A stretch of DNA of 64,000 nt, taken from Octopus vulgaris. Taxonomy: Eukaryota. A model generated the notes under the pieces. It saw only the letters and a program-made list of their open reading frames with translations, was not told the DNA's origin and did no database searches. The stretch lies in the NCBI GenBank assembly GCA_951406725.2, contig OX597824.1, forward strand, positions 53,940,001 through 54,004,000, given 5' to 3'. The translations under genes and the position numbers were made by a program. Below are positions 35,166-48,881 of this stretch, one piece after another (the first letter of the stretch is position 1; each line of letters begins with the position of its first letter).

Positions 35166-35447
35166 TCTTCAGTGGATACAAAAGGACGTTAGCTCAAATA
35201 GAGCGGAAGAAGCAGGAGTTTATACGCTCCTATGAACTTATAAGTTCGCACATTAACACGCTGGATGCCATCTTTGACAGCGAACAAAGTAAAGATGGCA
35301 AGGATGGAGATGCGGGTGCTGATGAAAAAAGTCACCCCCACCTGGTAGACACCCAGGAAGAAAACTCCAGTGAGAAACCTGCCCGGGAAGTAAACCCAAG
35401 TGCAAGTGCTCCTACCAGCACCAAAAGCCATGGAGATGAAAGAACCA

Positions 35448-36610
35448 TAGTGTTGCAAACCATAAGACTATTCGCATCGCAGAACTCCAGCAGCCTGGTT
35501 CCCTCCTTATTGCAGGAACCATAACCGTAGCCTCCATGTACGCCATGGAAGCCCCCAGCATATCGTCCAACATGCCCATTGAAGTCACCAGCCACAAAGA
35601 GAAGGTCCCTGTCGTTCGTCAATGAGGTGGTAGGGTGTCATAGAAACGGTCTTTCAGTCCATCGGGTAGCCCTGGCTGAGGGGCATAGGTCGATATAATA
35701 GTTGCTAAACTATGATGGAGCACTAATCTAATCTTAAGTATTCTGTCACATACTCTGACTACCTCGATTACCTTATCTACCCATTTTTCGGCGATAAGTA
35801 TACTCACACACCCGACCCCATCAGTATTCCCAGCCCAGAAAATCTTGTACCTCTGTCCTTTGCCTGTGAGGAACCTAGCAGAACCTCCTCTCCACCTCAC
35901 TTCTTGAATGCAGCATATATCAACACACCTCCGTTCAAGCAATTCAACGATCTCGCCAGATCTGCCTTTCAGTGTGCCAACGTTGAGGGTGCCAACCCTG
36001 AGGGTGTGGGTCGGGGTGGTATTGGCCCTAGTAGCATCATGAATCTGAAAAGAAAACTCGCGTTTGCCAGGATTCATAGACAAACAATAAAACTCAAGTT
36101 CAAACCACGTACACTACACTAACATATCTTGCAATGAATGACCACTACCTTTTATGGAAGGAGGTGGGGGTGGCATAAGACTTTGAAGTGTACATGGGAG
36201 ACAACAAGGATGAGAAAATTTAGGACTTCCTGTACTGGTGGAGAGGGTGGGAGGGCGGGTGCACAGCAAAAACTAGCAGCTATGTAGGGGCGCCACTCAT
36301 TTCTTGGAAAGGAATACTTATTAGTAGGTATAAAATACCTAAATTTGAGAGAGATATTTTGCAGATTTATGGGAGATACGTGAGCTAAATTTATCTTAGA
36401 CAGTGATAAGTAAGGAGCCATAAAATTATAAATATATTTATTCTATATTTAACAAGACGTGAGACTGATCGATAAAATTAGGGGGCGAGCTATAGGATTA
36501 TATATATATTTAACACAAGACATGAGACGTCGATATATTGAGATGAACTATAGAATTATATATACATATAACACGAGGCGTGAGGCTGAAATAGACAAAG
36601 TAAAAGCCAT
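35448..36610 (-). mobile_element. Decayed RTE 5' portion (endonuclease N-terminus, junction motif, diverged B/C-type monomer)
   Basis: LRVGTLNVGTLKGRSGEIVE...GDFNGHVG with a frameshift; GTGCACCCGCCCTCCCACCC at ~36245-36264; 36420-36610 resembles B/C monomers. Confidence 0.8.
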
Positions 36611-36671
36611 AACATAATATATATATACATATATATATACATACATATATATACGTACATACATACATATA

Positions 36672-37061
36672 TACTCTTTTACTTGTTTCAGTCATTTGAC
36701 TGCGGCCATGCTAGAGCACCACCTTTAGTCGAGCAAATCGACCCCCGGGACTTATTCTTTGTAAGCCAAGTACTTATTCTATCGGTCTCTTTTGCCGAAC
36801 CGCTAAGTGATGGGGACGTAAACACACCAGCATCGGTTGTCAAGCAATGCTAGGGAGACAAACAGACACAAACACATACATATATATATACATATATACA
36901 ACAGGCTTCTTTCAGTTTCCGTCTGCCAAATCCACTCACAAGGCATTGGTCGGCCCGGGGCTATAGCAGAAGACACTTGCCCAAGATGCCACGCAGTGGG
37001 ACTGAACCCGGAACTATGTGGTTGGTTAGCAAGCTACTTACCACACAGCCACTCCTGCGCC
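36672..37061 (-). mobile_element. tRNA-derived SINE
   Basis: Head GGCGCAGGAGTGGCTGTGTGGTAAG (box A) ... GGTTCAGTCCC (box B); LINE-like 3' stem-loop and GTAAAAGAGTA tail. Confidence 0.88.
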
Positions 37062-37605
37062 TATATATATATATATATATGTACGTATATATATATATAT
37101 GTATATATATATACATACATATATATATATGTATATATATATACATACATATATATATGTATATATATATACATACATATATATGTATATATATATACAT
37201 ATATACATACATATATATATATACATACATATATATATACATACATATATATGTATATATATATACATACATATATATGTATATATATATACATATATAT
37301 ATACATACATATATATGTATATATATATATATATATATACTTACATATATATATACATACATATATATACGTATATATACATATATATACATATATATAT
37401 ACATATATATACGTACATATATATATATACGTACATATACGTACATATATATATATATACGTACATATATATATACGTACATATATATATACGTACATAT
37501 ATATGTATATATATATACATATATATATACATACATATATATACGTATATATACATATACGTACATATATATACATATATATACGTACATATATATATAT
37601 ACGTA

Positions 37606-39356
37606 CATCATCATCATCATCGTTTAACGTCCGTTTTCCACGCTAGCACGGGTTGGATGGTTTCGACCAGGGTCTGGGGAGCCAGGGGCTGCCCCAGGCT
37701 CCAGTCTGGTCTGGCAGTGTTTCTACAGCTGGATGCCCTTCCTAACGCCAACCACTCTGCGAGTGTAGTGGGTGCTTTTTGCGTGCCACCTGCACAGGTG
37801 CCAGAGGGGTCTGGCATCGGCCACGGTCAGTTGGTGCTTTTTATGTGCCACCTGCACAGAAGCCAGTCGGGGCAGTGCTGGCATCGGCCACGTTCGGATG
37901 GTGCTTTTTATGTGGGGGGAGGGTGCAGAAATATAGGGGAGGACCAGTGGGGAGGGGTGTTCGGAGAAACGATGACAGGTTCTAGACAAGTAGAACGTAG
38001 GATATCACGAGAGGGGTAATGCATGGTGAAATAGCGTATTGAAGAGGGGGTTCGAAGAGTAGACACCTATAATGGTGGTGGGAGAAGCGACATCCGGTAT
38101 AGATGGAGCAAAAATATAGAGATATATCCGGTATTGGTGGTGGGGGTGGGCAAGGGCGGGTGCACCGGGAATATGCGAAGGTTGAACTTGACGGGCTGGC
38201 TTAAAAATACTCTTAGCAATGGAAGGGGGGAAAGGAAGAGGGGGAGGGCAGACAACGTAAAAGAGGAGAGAGAGAGAGAGAAGGGAATAGTGGAACCCCG
38301 CGAAAATCGGCCGCCATTGAAAAACCCCTGTATGGAGAAACTTAAATATAAATATCTATTCTGTATTTAGCGAGACACGAGGCCGGAAACCGATGGTCAA
38401 CAATAACTAATAAATTATACAGAATATGCAATACGAGGCGAAACTGAAAATAATAATAATAATAATACTAATAAACAAATTGTCGACTGGGGGTCAAAGG
38501 GATAATACTAATACTAATAATAATAATAATAAACAGCTTAACCACTAGAGATCAGACAAATTTGCATGAGAATATTACTGGTACAGATTACGGGATGAAT
38601 TAGATTAGAAAGATTTTCTTATCTTGGGAACATTTCGTTTTCGGCCTGACACACGGCGAATATGCGAAGGTTGAACTTGACGGGCTGGCTTAAAAATGCT
38701 CTTAGCAATGGAAGGGGGGAAAGGAAGAGGGGGGGAGGGCAGACAACGTAAAAGAGGGAGAGAGAGAGAGAGAAGGGAATAGTGGAACCCCGCGAAAATC
38801 GGCCGCCATTGAAAAACCCCTGTATGGAGAAACTTAAATATAAATATCTATTCTGTATTTAGCGAGACACGAAGCCGGAAACCGATGGTCAACAATAACT
38901 AATAAATTATACAGAATATGCAATACGAGGCGAAGCTGAAAATAATAATAATAATAAACAAATTGTCGACTGGGGATCAAAGGGATAATACTAATACTAA
39001 TAATAATAATAATAAACAGCTTAACCACTAGAGATCAGACAAATTTGCATGAGAATATTACTGGTACAGATTACGGGATGAATTAGATTAGAAAGAATTT
39101 CTTATCTTGGGAACATTTCGTTTTTCGGCCTGACACGGCGAATATGCGAAGGTTGAACTTGACGGGCTGGCTTAAAAATGCTCTTAGCAATGGAAGGGGG
39201 GAAAGGAAGAGGGGGGGAGAGCAGACAACGTAAAAGAGGGAGAGAGAGAGAGAAGGGAATAGTGGAACCCCGCGAAAATCGGCCACCATTGAAAAACCCC
39301 TGTATGGAGAAACTTAAATATAAATATCTATTCTGTATTTAGCGAGACACGAAGCC
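37606..39356 (-). mobile_element. Non-autonomous RTE derivative with ~485-bp 5' monomers (type C, ~2.4 copies)
   Basis: Monomer marker AATATGCGAAGG at 38170, 38659 and 39141; junction motif 38128-38166; body homologous to the type B element; (GAT)n tail. Confidence 0.85.
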
Positions 39357-39410
39357 ATACATACATATATATACATATATATATACACACATATATATAC
39401 ATACATATAA

Positions 39411-39441
<31 letters not shown>

Positions 39442-39484
39442 CATACATATATAAACATATATATACATATATATACATACATAC

Positions 39485-39530
<46 letters not shown>

Positions 39531-39531
<1 letters not shown>

Positions 39532-40380
39532 AGAATAAATGTTTTTATATATAAAGAACGTGAAATACAGGAAGGGACGAACACGGAACACAGACAAATC
39601 ATTCGAAGCCTTCAATCTTCAGTCAGACACCGAATCATCATAGCAAATTTCGGCTGTTCAATTCTGATATTTGCTCCAACTCGGCCAGCTCCAAGAAAAA
39701 CACTAAGCTGTAAGCATTAGATTTCTTGGTAGAAGACAGGAATGTGAACGCACGAGACGGATGTAAATACAAGTGACGAAAACGAAATTGAAAACAGTAA
39801 TGGATAAACAAAATATAACGATGGTTGTCTTACGACTTTAGACCAAATGAGACAAAAACAACAACAACATAGCAGCTGGCGTAGAAATAATTACCGTTTC
39901 GGTAGAGGGGACACATGTTGGTCGAGATACGATCGCCAACAGAATGGTTAAGAAGCAGCAGGTTGCAGGAGAGAGAGAGAAAGAGAGACAGAGAGAGAGG
40001 GAATCAAAGAGGGTGGAAGGCAGGGGACAGAATCAGTGACCAAGAGAAAAGGAGAAAGAAGGGATTAAGGAGGATGGGAGGAAGAGGGGGGGAAGAATCG
40101 GAGGGCGCCAAAATAGTTTGGTAAAGAAGCAATGGCGGGTAGGAAAGACAAAGTGTATAGAAGTCGTGCAGGGTTTAAAATTGGACAAACAAACGGAGGG
40201 GTGCACGTAACGCCGCAATAATATAAGAATAAATGTTTTTATATATAAAGAACGTGAAATACAGGAAGGGACGAACACGGAACACAGACAAATCATTCGA
40301 AGCCTTCAATCTTCAGTCAGACACCGAATCATCATAGCAAATTTCGGCTGTTCAATTCTGATATTTGCTCCAACTCGGCC
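39531..40380. repeat. Unit with ~155 bp direct terminal repeats (39531-39687, 40225-40380), possibly Penelope-like
   Basis: The direct repeat is visible; the classification is inference only. Confidence 0.45.
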
Positions 40381-40477
40381 ACACATACATATATATACAT
40401 ACATACACATACATACATATATATACATACATACACATACATACATATATATACATACATACACATACATACATATA

Positions 40478-40509
<32 letters not shown>

Positions 40510-40521
40510 CACATACATACA

Positions 40522-40553
<32 letters not shown>

Positions 40554-40569
40554 CACATACATACATATA

Positions 40570-40645
<76 letters not shown>

Positions 40646-41741
40646 CATATATATATATATATTGATACAAACGCAAAAACAGGAAGACAAGTAAAAAAAC
40701 ATTATGCCCCTTGTTCCATTAGTTGGAATCGAAACGGCTTTCCAGTTGTTCAGGTCAGTGATATTTCCTTTGTACTGTCAAGCTGTCAAGGAGGACAGTT
40801 ATTGATGGCCGTAGACACTTGACCTCTGGCACTGTATGGACACAGAGAGTTTAAAAAAAAGATAAAGTTTTGGGAAGGGAAATACGCACTGTTGACGTAT
40901 GGTATGTCTCTCTTTCTGGCTGAATGGCCTAATATATACGGATAGTGCTAAGTTGCAAGGGCAGTCAGCAGAGGACTGGACAAGAGGGCAGCCAGAGATG
41001 ATGGGACAAAGAGTAGACGTGGTCTGACAGAGACAGACAGGGCCAGTTGGAGACTGGCAAGTGATGTAGTGGGAGACGTAAAATGGAGAAAATGTGGCTG
41101 GTAAATATTGTTTTTTGTATGTTTTAAACTCTGATGCTTAAATGTTAAAAAAAAAGACAAAACTTTGTGTTGTTAAATGTTTCAAGAAAGAGAAGAAGAA
41201 CTCTGAGGTGTTAAATGCTGAGAAAAACTCTGATGTTTACTCTTGAAAAGAAAAGAGAAAAAAAGAACTTGTAAATATTTAAAAAAAAAAGAAAGAGTAA
41301 GACTTTGTGACATTAACTGTTTGAAAGAAAAGAAAAAAAGAAAAGAGTTGTTGACTGTTTTTAAAAGAAGGGAAGAGAGAAAAGAAAAGAAAGAAAAGAA
41401 CTTTTGAGACAAACTCTGTGTTAGAAGAAAAAGAATTGTGTTAAGAAAAGGGGAAAGAACTTGTGTTGTTAAATGTTAAATGTGTTTTTTTTAAATAACT
41501 AAGAAAAAAAAAACTTTCTAAGCTGTTAAATGTTTTGTTAAACAAAAAAATTTTTTAAATTTGCTTTCATTGCGCAACACCTGTGTGTGTTATTCTTTTT
41601 GTCGTTGTTGTTGGCTCCTGGCTGCGTTTGCTGCCTTCCATCTTTCTGGAACGGATTTCTGATTTACTGAGCGCGGTCGCACACGGGCTGTTTGTGTGAG
41701 GGCCCGTGGTGGCATCGTAGGCCTGCGTGCAGCGTAACAAT

Positions 41742-41759
41742 TGGTGTCAGAAGTGGGAT
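41742..41759 (+). promoter_or_regulatory. Primer binding site, complementary to the tRNA-Leu 3' end
   Basis: TGGTGTCAGAAGTGGGAT two bases after the LTR terminal CA. Confidence 0.75.
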
Positions 41760-44700
41760 CCTAATTGCTGTAGTGAATCAGTTGTCCGCTATGGCTTTGG
41801 AGAGAGCACGTACAAAGAGCCAGACCGGGAAGGAAGAGATATCCCTGGCTGCAATAGTGGAGATGTTGAGGGAGCAGAAAATGCAGCAAATGCAACTTCA
41901 GGATCGGCTAGAAACGTATATGGGAAAACTGGAGAAAAGGCAACAGTGCTTATGGAAAAATCACCAAGAGTTTAAGGATGCAGATGGGTCAGCTTTTAAG
42001 GATGAGTGCTGGACATGTGGTAAAAATGGACGCATGAGCAACGACTGCCCAACAAGAGAGAAGGAAAATAAAGAAAGTGAACCTGAAGTAGTTGCTGAAC
42101 CTGAAGTGGTTGCTGGACGTGAAGTGGTTGCTGGACGTGAAGTGGTTGCTGGACGTGAAGTGGTTGCTGGACGTGAAGTGGTTGCTGGACGTGAAGTGGT
42201 TGCTGGACCTGTAGTGGTTGCTGAACCTGTAGTGGTTGCTGAACCTGAGGTAGTTGCTGTTACCGTTCCATATCTTAATGCTTCAAAATCTGGGCCCTTG
42301 TTTCCTGGGATTCAGGATAGCTGTATACTGCCCATTAGGAAGAAGCCACAGGCGTTGATGGTTTATCAGCCGGACTTGCGTTCCAGGAAAGACCAGTCCC
42401 TGTTAAGGTCATGTAGAGGACCAAGCCTGGTAACGAGGTGAGAGCGCTATGGAAGATAGTAGTACCACCAAGATCAGGAAAACTGCTCCACTGTTGTGTG
42501 AGCGATCCGTTTGATGGCTGCCTGGGGCTGGTGGAGCCCGACAGGCAGTGCACGGTGAAAGCTGGAGTGACGGTCAGACGAACCCTGGTAGAGGCAGGAG
42601 TTGACGAAGTGCTGGTTGTGTCTGCCAATTTCTCGAAAGTGGCACGAGAGACTTGTAAAGGACAAATCGTGGGATTGTGCCAGGAAGTGGACCAGTGGCA
42701 GGTTCAGTTGCATCACTGCAGGAGGGTAGTTGAAGGAGGTGGTGGTCTGCCTGTGCATTTACAGGATCTATTCGCACAGAGTCACCAGTGCTTAGATGGC
42801 ATTCAGGTGTTACAGTTGAAGCAACTGCTAGCGAGGTGTGCAGGACATCTAGACATTAGTGGCACGGACCTAGTGGAGTATCATATCGACCCAGGCGGCC
42901 ATCGCTCGATGAAGCAGCCAGCTTGGAGGATGGCACCAGTTTAGCAACGGGAAATGGAAGCAGTGGTGGAGGGATATTGACGACAGGGAGTAGTGAAAAA
43001 GTCGAGCAGTCCCAGGTCATCAGCAATTGTTTTCCTGCAGAATGGAGATGGTACAGTGAGAGGCTATGTGGGTTATAGAGCGCTAAGTAAAGTGACAGTG
43101 AAGGACTGGCCGGTTCCTACTGGTGTAAAAGAATTGGGAAGTCTCTTAGGACTGTGTACCCATTACAGGCGCTTTATAGAAAATTTTGCGACGCTAGCTG
43201 CACCGTTGCACAAACTACAGGGGAAGAGCCAGAAGTTTGAGTGGACTGCCATGACACAGTGTGCTTTTGACGGACTTAAACAGGCGCTAGTGAGTCCTCC
43301 CGTGTTGCCGTACCTGGACCTAAGCAAGCCCTTCGTACTGGACTGACGCCAGTAGCCATGGTATTGGAGGAGTACTGTCTCAGAGGAGGGGCAACAAGGA
43401 ATATGTGGTGGCATATTACAGTAAAAAGCTTAGTCCACCCGAGTGAAACTACTGTATAACCTGTAAGGAGCTTTTAGCGGTGATGAAGAGTGTTGACTAT
43501 TTCCATCCGTACCTGTATGGTTCCCACTTTACTATCAGAATGGACCATGCGGCACTCAAGTGGCTGAAGACACTACAGAACCCGGAGGGACAATTAGCAC
43601 GCTGGCTAGGGAAACTGGACCAACACAACTATGAGGTACAGCACCGTCCGGGGCGGGTGCATGGTAATGCTGACAGTTTGAGTTGTCATCCTTGTGGGCC
43701 GGACAGTGGGCATTGTGCAGGAAGAGAAGAGCACAGGACAAAGAGCAAATGTACTACAGTGACTGGATAAGTGTCAACTGGAGAATTACAAAGGAGACAG
43801 ATGTAAGATGCCGACTTAAGGCCAGTGGCTGCAGCGGGAAGCAACGAGACCATCTTGGGAGGAGGTATCCAGATCCAGCCCTGAAACGAAGAGCTACTGG
43901 AGCCAGTGGGACCTTCTTCGTTTGAACGATGGGCAGCTTGAGAAGCGCTGGGAGACACCCGATGGCCTTAATAAGTATTGACAGTTGGTGAGTCGCTTGT
44001 CCGAGGAGGCAGGAGGTCTTCTCTGAAAATTGTACACGCGAACCGTCTGTGGAAGTACCATGGGTCTGGCCAATTCAGCTGGAGCCCACCTTCAGAGGTT
44101 GGGCCCACTTGTTGAGAAAGTTGTCAGGAGTTACGAAGTTGTGTGCTTTTGTTGGGACGACAAAAGTCAAGGGAAGGGGTAGTGATACGAACACAAAAAA
44201 AATGGAGACTAACAAAATAACATTATGCCCCTTGTCCCAGTTGGTATTGAAATGGCGTTCCAGTTGTTCAGGTCAGTGGTATTTCCTTTGTCTTGTCGAG
44301 GAGCATAGTTATTGATGGCCGTAGGCACTTGACCTCTGGCCCTGTACGGTCACAGAGAGTTTTAAAAAAATAAAAGTGTTGGGGAGGGAAATACGCACTG
44401 TTGATGTATGGTATGTCTCACTTTCTGGCTAACGGCCTAATATATACGGATAGCGCTAAGTTGCAAGGGCAGTCAGCAAAGGACTGGACAAGGGGGCAGC
44501 CAGAGATGACAGGACAAAGAGTAGACATGGTCTAACAGTGATAGACAGGTGCAGTTGGAAATGACGTGACAAGGAGGCAGTCAGTCAGAGAGGGACTGGA
44601 CAACTGAACGACCAGGCAAGTGACATAGTTGGAATTCTGCGCTTCACCGAATAGAGATGTAAAATGAAGAAAATATGGCTGGTAAATGTCGTTTTTTTGT

Positions 44701-45067
44701 ATGTTTTAAACTTTGATGTTCAAATATTGAAAAAAAAGGAAAACTGTGTTGTTAAATGTTTCAAGAAAGAAAAGAACTCTGAGGTGTTAAATGTTAAAAA
44801 AACTCTGCCATTTACCGTTGAAAAGAAAAGAGAAAAAAAGAACTTGTAAATGTTTAAAAAAAAGAAAGAGTAAGACTATTTGAAAAGAAAAGAAGCAAAA
44901 AAGAAATGAGTTGTTGACTGTTTTTAAAAGAAGGGAAGAGAGAAAAGAAAAGAATGAAGAGAAAAGAAGAACTTTTGAGAAACGAACTCTCTGTGTTAGA
45001 AGAAAAAGAATTGTGTTAAAAATGGGGAAAGAACTTGTGTTGTTAAATGTTAAATATTTTGTATTAA

Positions 45068-46145
45068 CCCTTTTGTTACCAAAGCCGCCCCCAAAAAATT
45101 TTGGTTAATGTGACCAAACCGCCCAAACCCGCCCGTATTTACCTATTCATATTTAAATGAGAATATCAGAGCAAATCTCTTTAGTACATTCGTGAAAACA
45201 CGTATTATACTTCGTAAACAGTTCAACTACAGTTTTGTACAACAATCGAAGTGTAATTTTAATTCCGTGAATTTTGGGAGATTTTTTCCGAAATTTGTTC
45301 CTATTGTGTTTTCAAAATTTGTAATTCTGACAAAAAATGGATACGAATTTCATTATATCAAGCAGAGAGTCAGAATTCGAAGGATTTTCTACTGAAGACC
45401 TTCATAAATCTAACTCTATGACTGAAAAAAAAAAAAGCACGTGGTATTTGATAATGAATCTGATGTTTCATTTTCCGAAAGTGAAAACAGTGAATCCGAG
45501 AGCTCCGACAGCGATAAAGAAAATGAATTGGCACCTGAATGGAGTGAAAATTTAAAAACTGTTTCTTTCGGTGATTTTTCTGAAGAAACTGAACTAAGCC
45601 ACAGACTTTCCTAGGAGAGTAAAGCCTTAGACTATTTCTTTTTACTTTTTCGAATGAGCCTATTTGAAATCATTACGGCGGAAATGAACCGTTACGCTAA
45701 ATGTAAACAAAGCGAAAGAAAGGATAGTTAGTGGTTTCCCACAACCTTAAATGAAATTAAGACTATTTTGCCATAAATATTATTATGGGTAACAGAAAGT
45801 TACCCAGAATAACAAATTCTATCGTAAAATTTTGTTGTATACCCAACTGAATATTAGCTAATAACCCATTTTCTATAGCGATGTTTGAACAAAATTTTAA
45901 TAATTTTATATTTTGTTGAATTTAACTGTATCTAACTGCAATTAGAGTCACTTTGTGACAAAATTTATAGTATAGAATTGGTTGAGAACATTTCATTAAA
46001 TTATCTTCCAAAAATCAAATTAATATATTGATAAATAAAAAAGTTATAGTTGTTTAATGAAACTAGACTAAATTTATGATTATGTTAGAAATTAATTGAA
46101 ACACATAAGGGGTGTATTTTGGTTAGAAATATAGTAACGAAAGGG
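45068..46145 (+). mobile_element. piggyBac-type DNA transposon, internally deleted, inserted in the Gypsy 3' LTR
   Basis: TTAA TSDs (45064-45067, 46146-46149); TIRs CCCTTTTGTTACCA / TAGTAACGAAAGGG; transposase remnant FEIITAEMNRYA at ~45604-45640. Confidence 0.88.
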
Positions 46146-46409
46146 TTAAGGGAACTAAGGGGAAAAAAAGAAAATTTTCCCAAAGCTGTTAAGTGTTCTG
46201 TTAACCATTGTTGTTGAATGTTTTGTTAAACAAAAAAAAAAAAGATTGCTTTAACTACCCAACACATGTGTGTGTTATTCTTTTTTTGTTGTTGCTGTTG
46301 GCTCCTGGCTGCGTTTGCTGCTCCCCCCACTACTGCAGTGGATTTCTGATTTACTGAGCGCTGATGCCGTCGCATATATATATATATGTGTGTGTATATA
46401 TATATATAT

Positions 46410-46471
46410 AAATGGCGGTGTCCCAGCATGGCCACAGCTCATGAGCTGAAACTAGAATCAATCAATCAATC

Positions 46472-46472
<1 letters not shown>
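46410..46472 (+). mobile_element. Family 1 LINE 3' tip
   Basis: GGCGGTGTCCCAGCATGGCCACAGCTCATGAGCTGAAAC + (AATC)n. Confidence 0.85.
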
Positions 46473-46504
<32 letters not shown>

Positions 46505-46533
46505 TATATATATGTATGTATATATATATATAT

Positions 46534-46623
<90 letters not shown>

Positions 46624-46637
46624 ATATATATATATAT

Positions 46638-47035
46638 ACTAGCAGTATCGCCCGGCGTTGCTCGTGTTTGTAAGGGAAATAACTATATAAGCATTTTTAG
46701 AGAGTTACTTCCCTTATATAATAGCAAAAAATGCATTAAAAATGGAAAAATCATGGTAAATTTTTTTAAAATCATAGACTCGTCGTAGACACTTTTAGAG
46801 AGTTACTTCCCTTATATAATAGCAAAAAAAATGCATTAAAAATGGGAAAAAATGATGGTAAATTTTTTTTTAAATCATAGACTCATCGTAGACACGCGCT
46901 AATACCCAGAAGGGCTCGGTATGAATCACGACTATAAGATACCTGCTTTTGGTTAAACTGCACCGCAAATTGTGGGAGTAGTTAGGAATCTAAATCGTAG
47001 GAGACAGACACCACATAACTTCAGTTTTATATATA
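46638..47035 (+). mobile_element. Possible non-autonomous Helitron-like element
   Basis: Starts ACTAGCAGTATCGCCCGGCGTTGCTCG, has an internal ~97 bp duplication, ends GACAGACA...TTTTATATAT; class assigned by resemblance only. Confidence 0.4.
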
Positions 47036-47036
47036 T

Positions 47037-47087
<51 letters not shown>

Positions 47088-47088
<1 letters not shown>

Positions 47089-47248
47089 GTAAAAAGCACC
47101 CACTACACTCACGGAGTGGTTGGCGTTAGGAAGGGCATCCAGCTGTAGAAACATTGCCAGATTAGACTGGAGCCTGGTGCAGCCTTCTGGCTTCCCAGAA
47201 CCCCGGTCGAAAGAACGGACGTTAAACGACGATGATGATGATGATGAT
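47088..47248 (+). mobile_element. RTE 3' tail fragment
   Basis: Matches ~3420-3600 with a deletion; (GAT)n tail. Confidence 0.85.
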
Positions 47249-47990
47249 ATATACACACACACACACACACATATATGTATATATATATATATACATACAT
47301 ATATTTCTGTGATGTTCTCATAAGCGTTTACATTAGTACTTCCCCTTCTATTTTTTAATGCCTAAACTGGTATATTATGGCATTAAATTTATTAAGTAAA
47401 TAAGTGATTTATTTATAATATATAAATATATATAAATTAATATATATTTTATATTTTATAATTTAGCGTACTTAGAATCATAACAAACTTACGATAAATC
47501 TAACAACCGTATGTTTACTATGCAACAAACCGGTGTTATAAATTTTAAGTTACCTATGAAATAATTATCTGACTTAGTAACATACTGATATTTAAAATAT
47601 ATTTATATCTAAATTAAATATTTTATGATATGCATGGATGGTTCTTTTTCGTTATTTGAGGCACAGTTATAATTTTGAAGGACTAAATGGTAGCATAGTT
47701 GCTTCCCTTTTTGTTTATCTATGTGCTAGTTGTTGCTTGTGATTATGTATGTGTATAAGTGTATGTATATACATATAACTATGTGTGTATGTGCGATTGA
47801 TCTGTAGATGCGTGTGTGAATATTGGCGTTCCTTGACTAACCAACCGTATAATTTTCTTTTGTGATTTAAATTTCAAACCAATAGCCAATCGAATTAATC
47901 TAAATTTTCTTTACCTAGTGGTCAGCATTTCTAAACTCATAGTTATTTCGATCTTGAAAGGATGGACTTGGTGCAAACTTAACTGTATCT

Positions 47991-48021
<31 letters not shown>

Positions 48022-48370
48022 TTATTATTATTAATATTAATAGTAATTTTTATTAACTTTCATAGCTTTAGAATTTTATGAACTGAACCATGGTTTTAAT
48101 TATTATTTTCATCTCCCTATGTGTTAGTTTTAAAAAAAAAAAACTATTAGCCAAATATGTATAATATCGGTACTTATTAATATTAATATATACACTGATA
48201 TATATTTTGTTTTATTTTGTTCTGTTTACCTTCCTTTATTGTACCTATGAGTATTATATTATATAAGTGTAGCATTATGATGTATAAGTTTTTATATTTT
48301 GCATTTTTATATTTTTATATTTATATGTATATGGTTATATAATATTTTTCACAATTATAACAAATTTAAT

Positions 48371-48490
48371 TTAATTCTCTGAAGAGGCCGTGGGGCATCC
48401 TTGTTAATGCCTCATTTATACCTGCCTTTATGGCTTAGAGGTTAAATGAGGTATGACTGCCCTCACTGCCGAAACAGCTGTCAGTTTTGA
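48371..48490 (+). ncRNA. Type I hammerhead ribozyme motif with extended stem II
   Basis: CTGAAGA 48379-48385, G10.1-C11.1 pair, GAAA 48471-48474, palindromic stem III ACAGCTGT, GTC cleavage triplet 48480-48482. Confidence 0.65.
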
Positions 48491-48676
48491 TTTAATTGCA
48501 TATTATATTTGAAATTTTTTACTTATATCTCTTTATCTTTTTACTATTACTGTATATCTCATTTTGTATAATGCCTTTACCCATATGTAATGGTGTATTA
48601 AAGTATTGATTGGGTATCATCGGATAGTTGATGTTTTATTGATTTAAGTATGTTTCTCCATTCTCTAATTTTGTAG

Positions 48677-48708
<32 letters not shown>

Positions 48709-48814
48709 TATGTATATATATATATACATACATATATATATGTATGTATGTATGTATGTATATATATATATATATATATATACGAAGCTTATACATATAT
48801 ATATATATATATAT

Positions 48815-48849
<35 letters not shown>

Positions 48850-48850
48850 C

Positions 48851-48881
<31 letters not shown>

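Larger units (their letters stand above)
40663..46373 (+). mobile_element. Decayed Ty3/Gypsy LTR retrotransposon with internal deletions
   Basis: 5' LTR TG..CA 40663-41739; PBS 41742-41759; gag zinc-knuckle remnant CWTCGKNGRMSNDC; RT N-terminus and RNase H remnants (PFVLD, DHAALKWL, HGNADSLS); PPT GGGAAGGGGTAG 44171-44182; 3' LTR from 44183 to ~46373. Confidence 0.88.

Noticed and set aside
36990-37061. tRNA gene
   Set aside because: It is the tRNA-derived head of a SINE, continuous with the SINE body and tail.
47914-47984. AG..GT-bounded open segment on the minus strand as the next HEATR5 exon
   Set aside because: Its translation shows no resemblance to the HEATR5 sequence expected after IPHxKGK.
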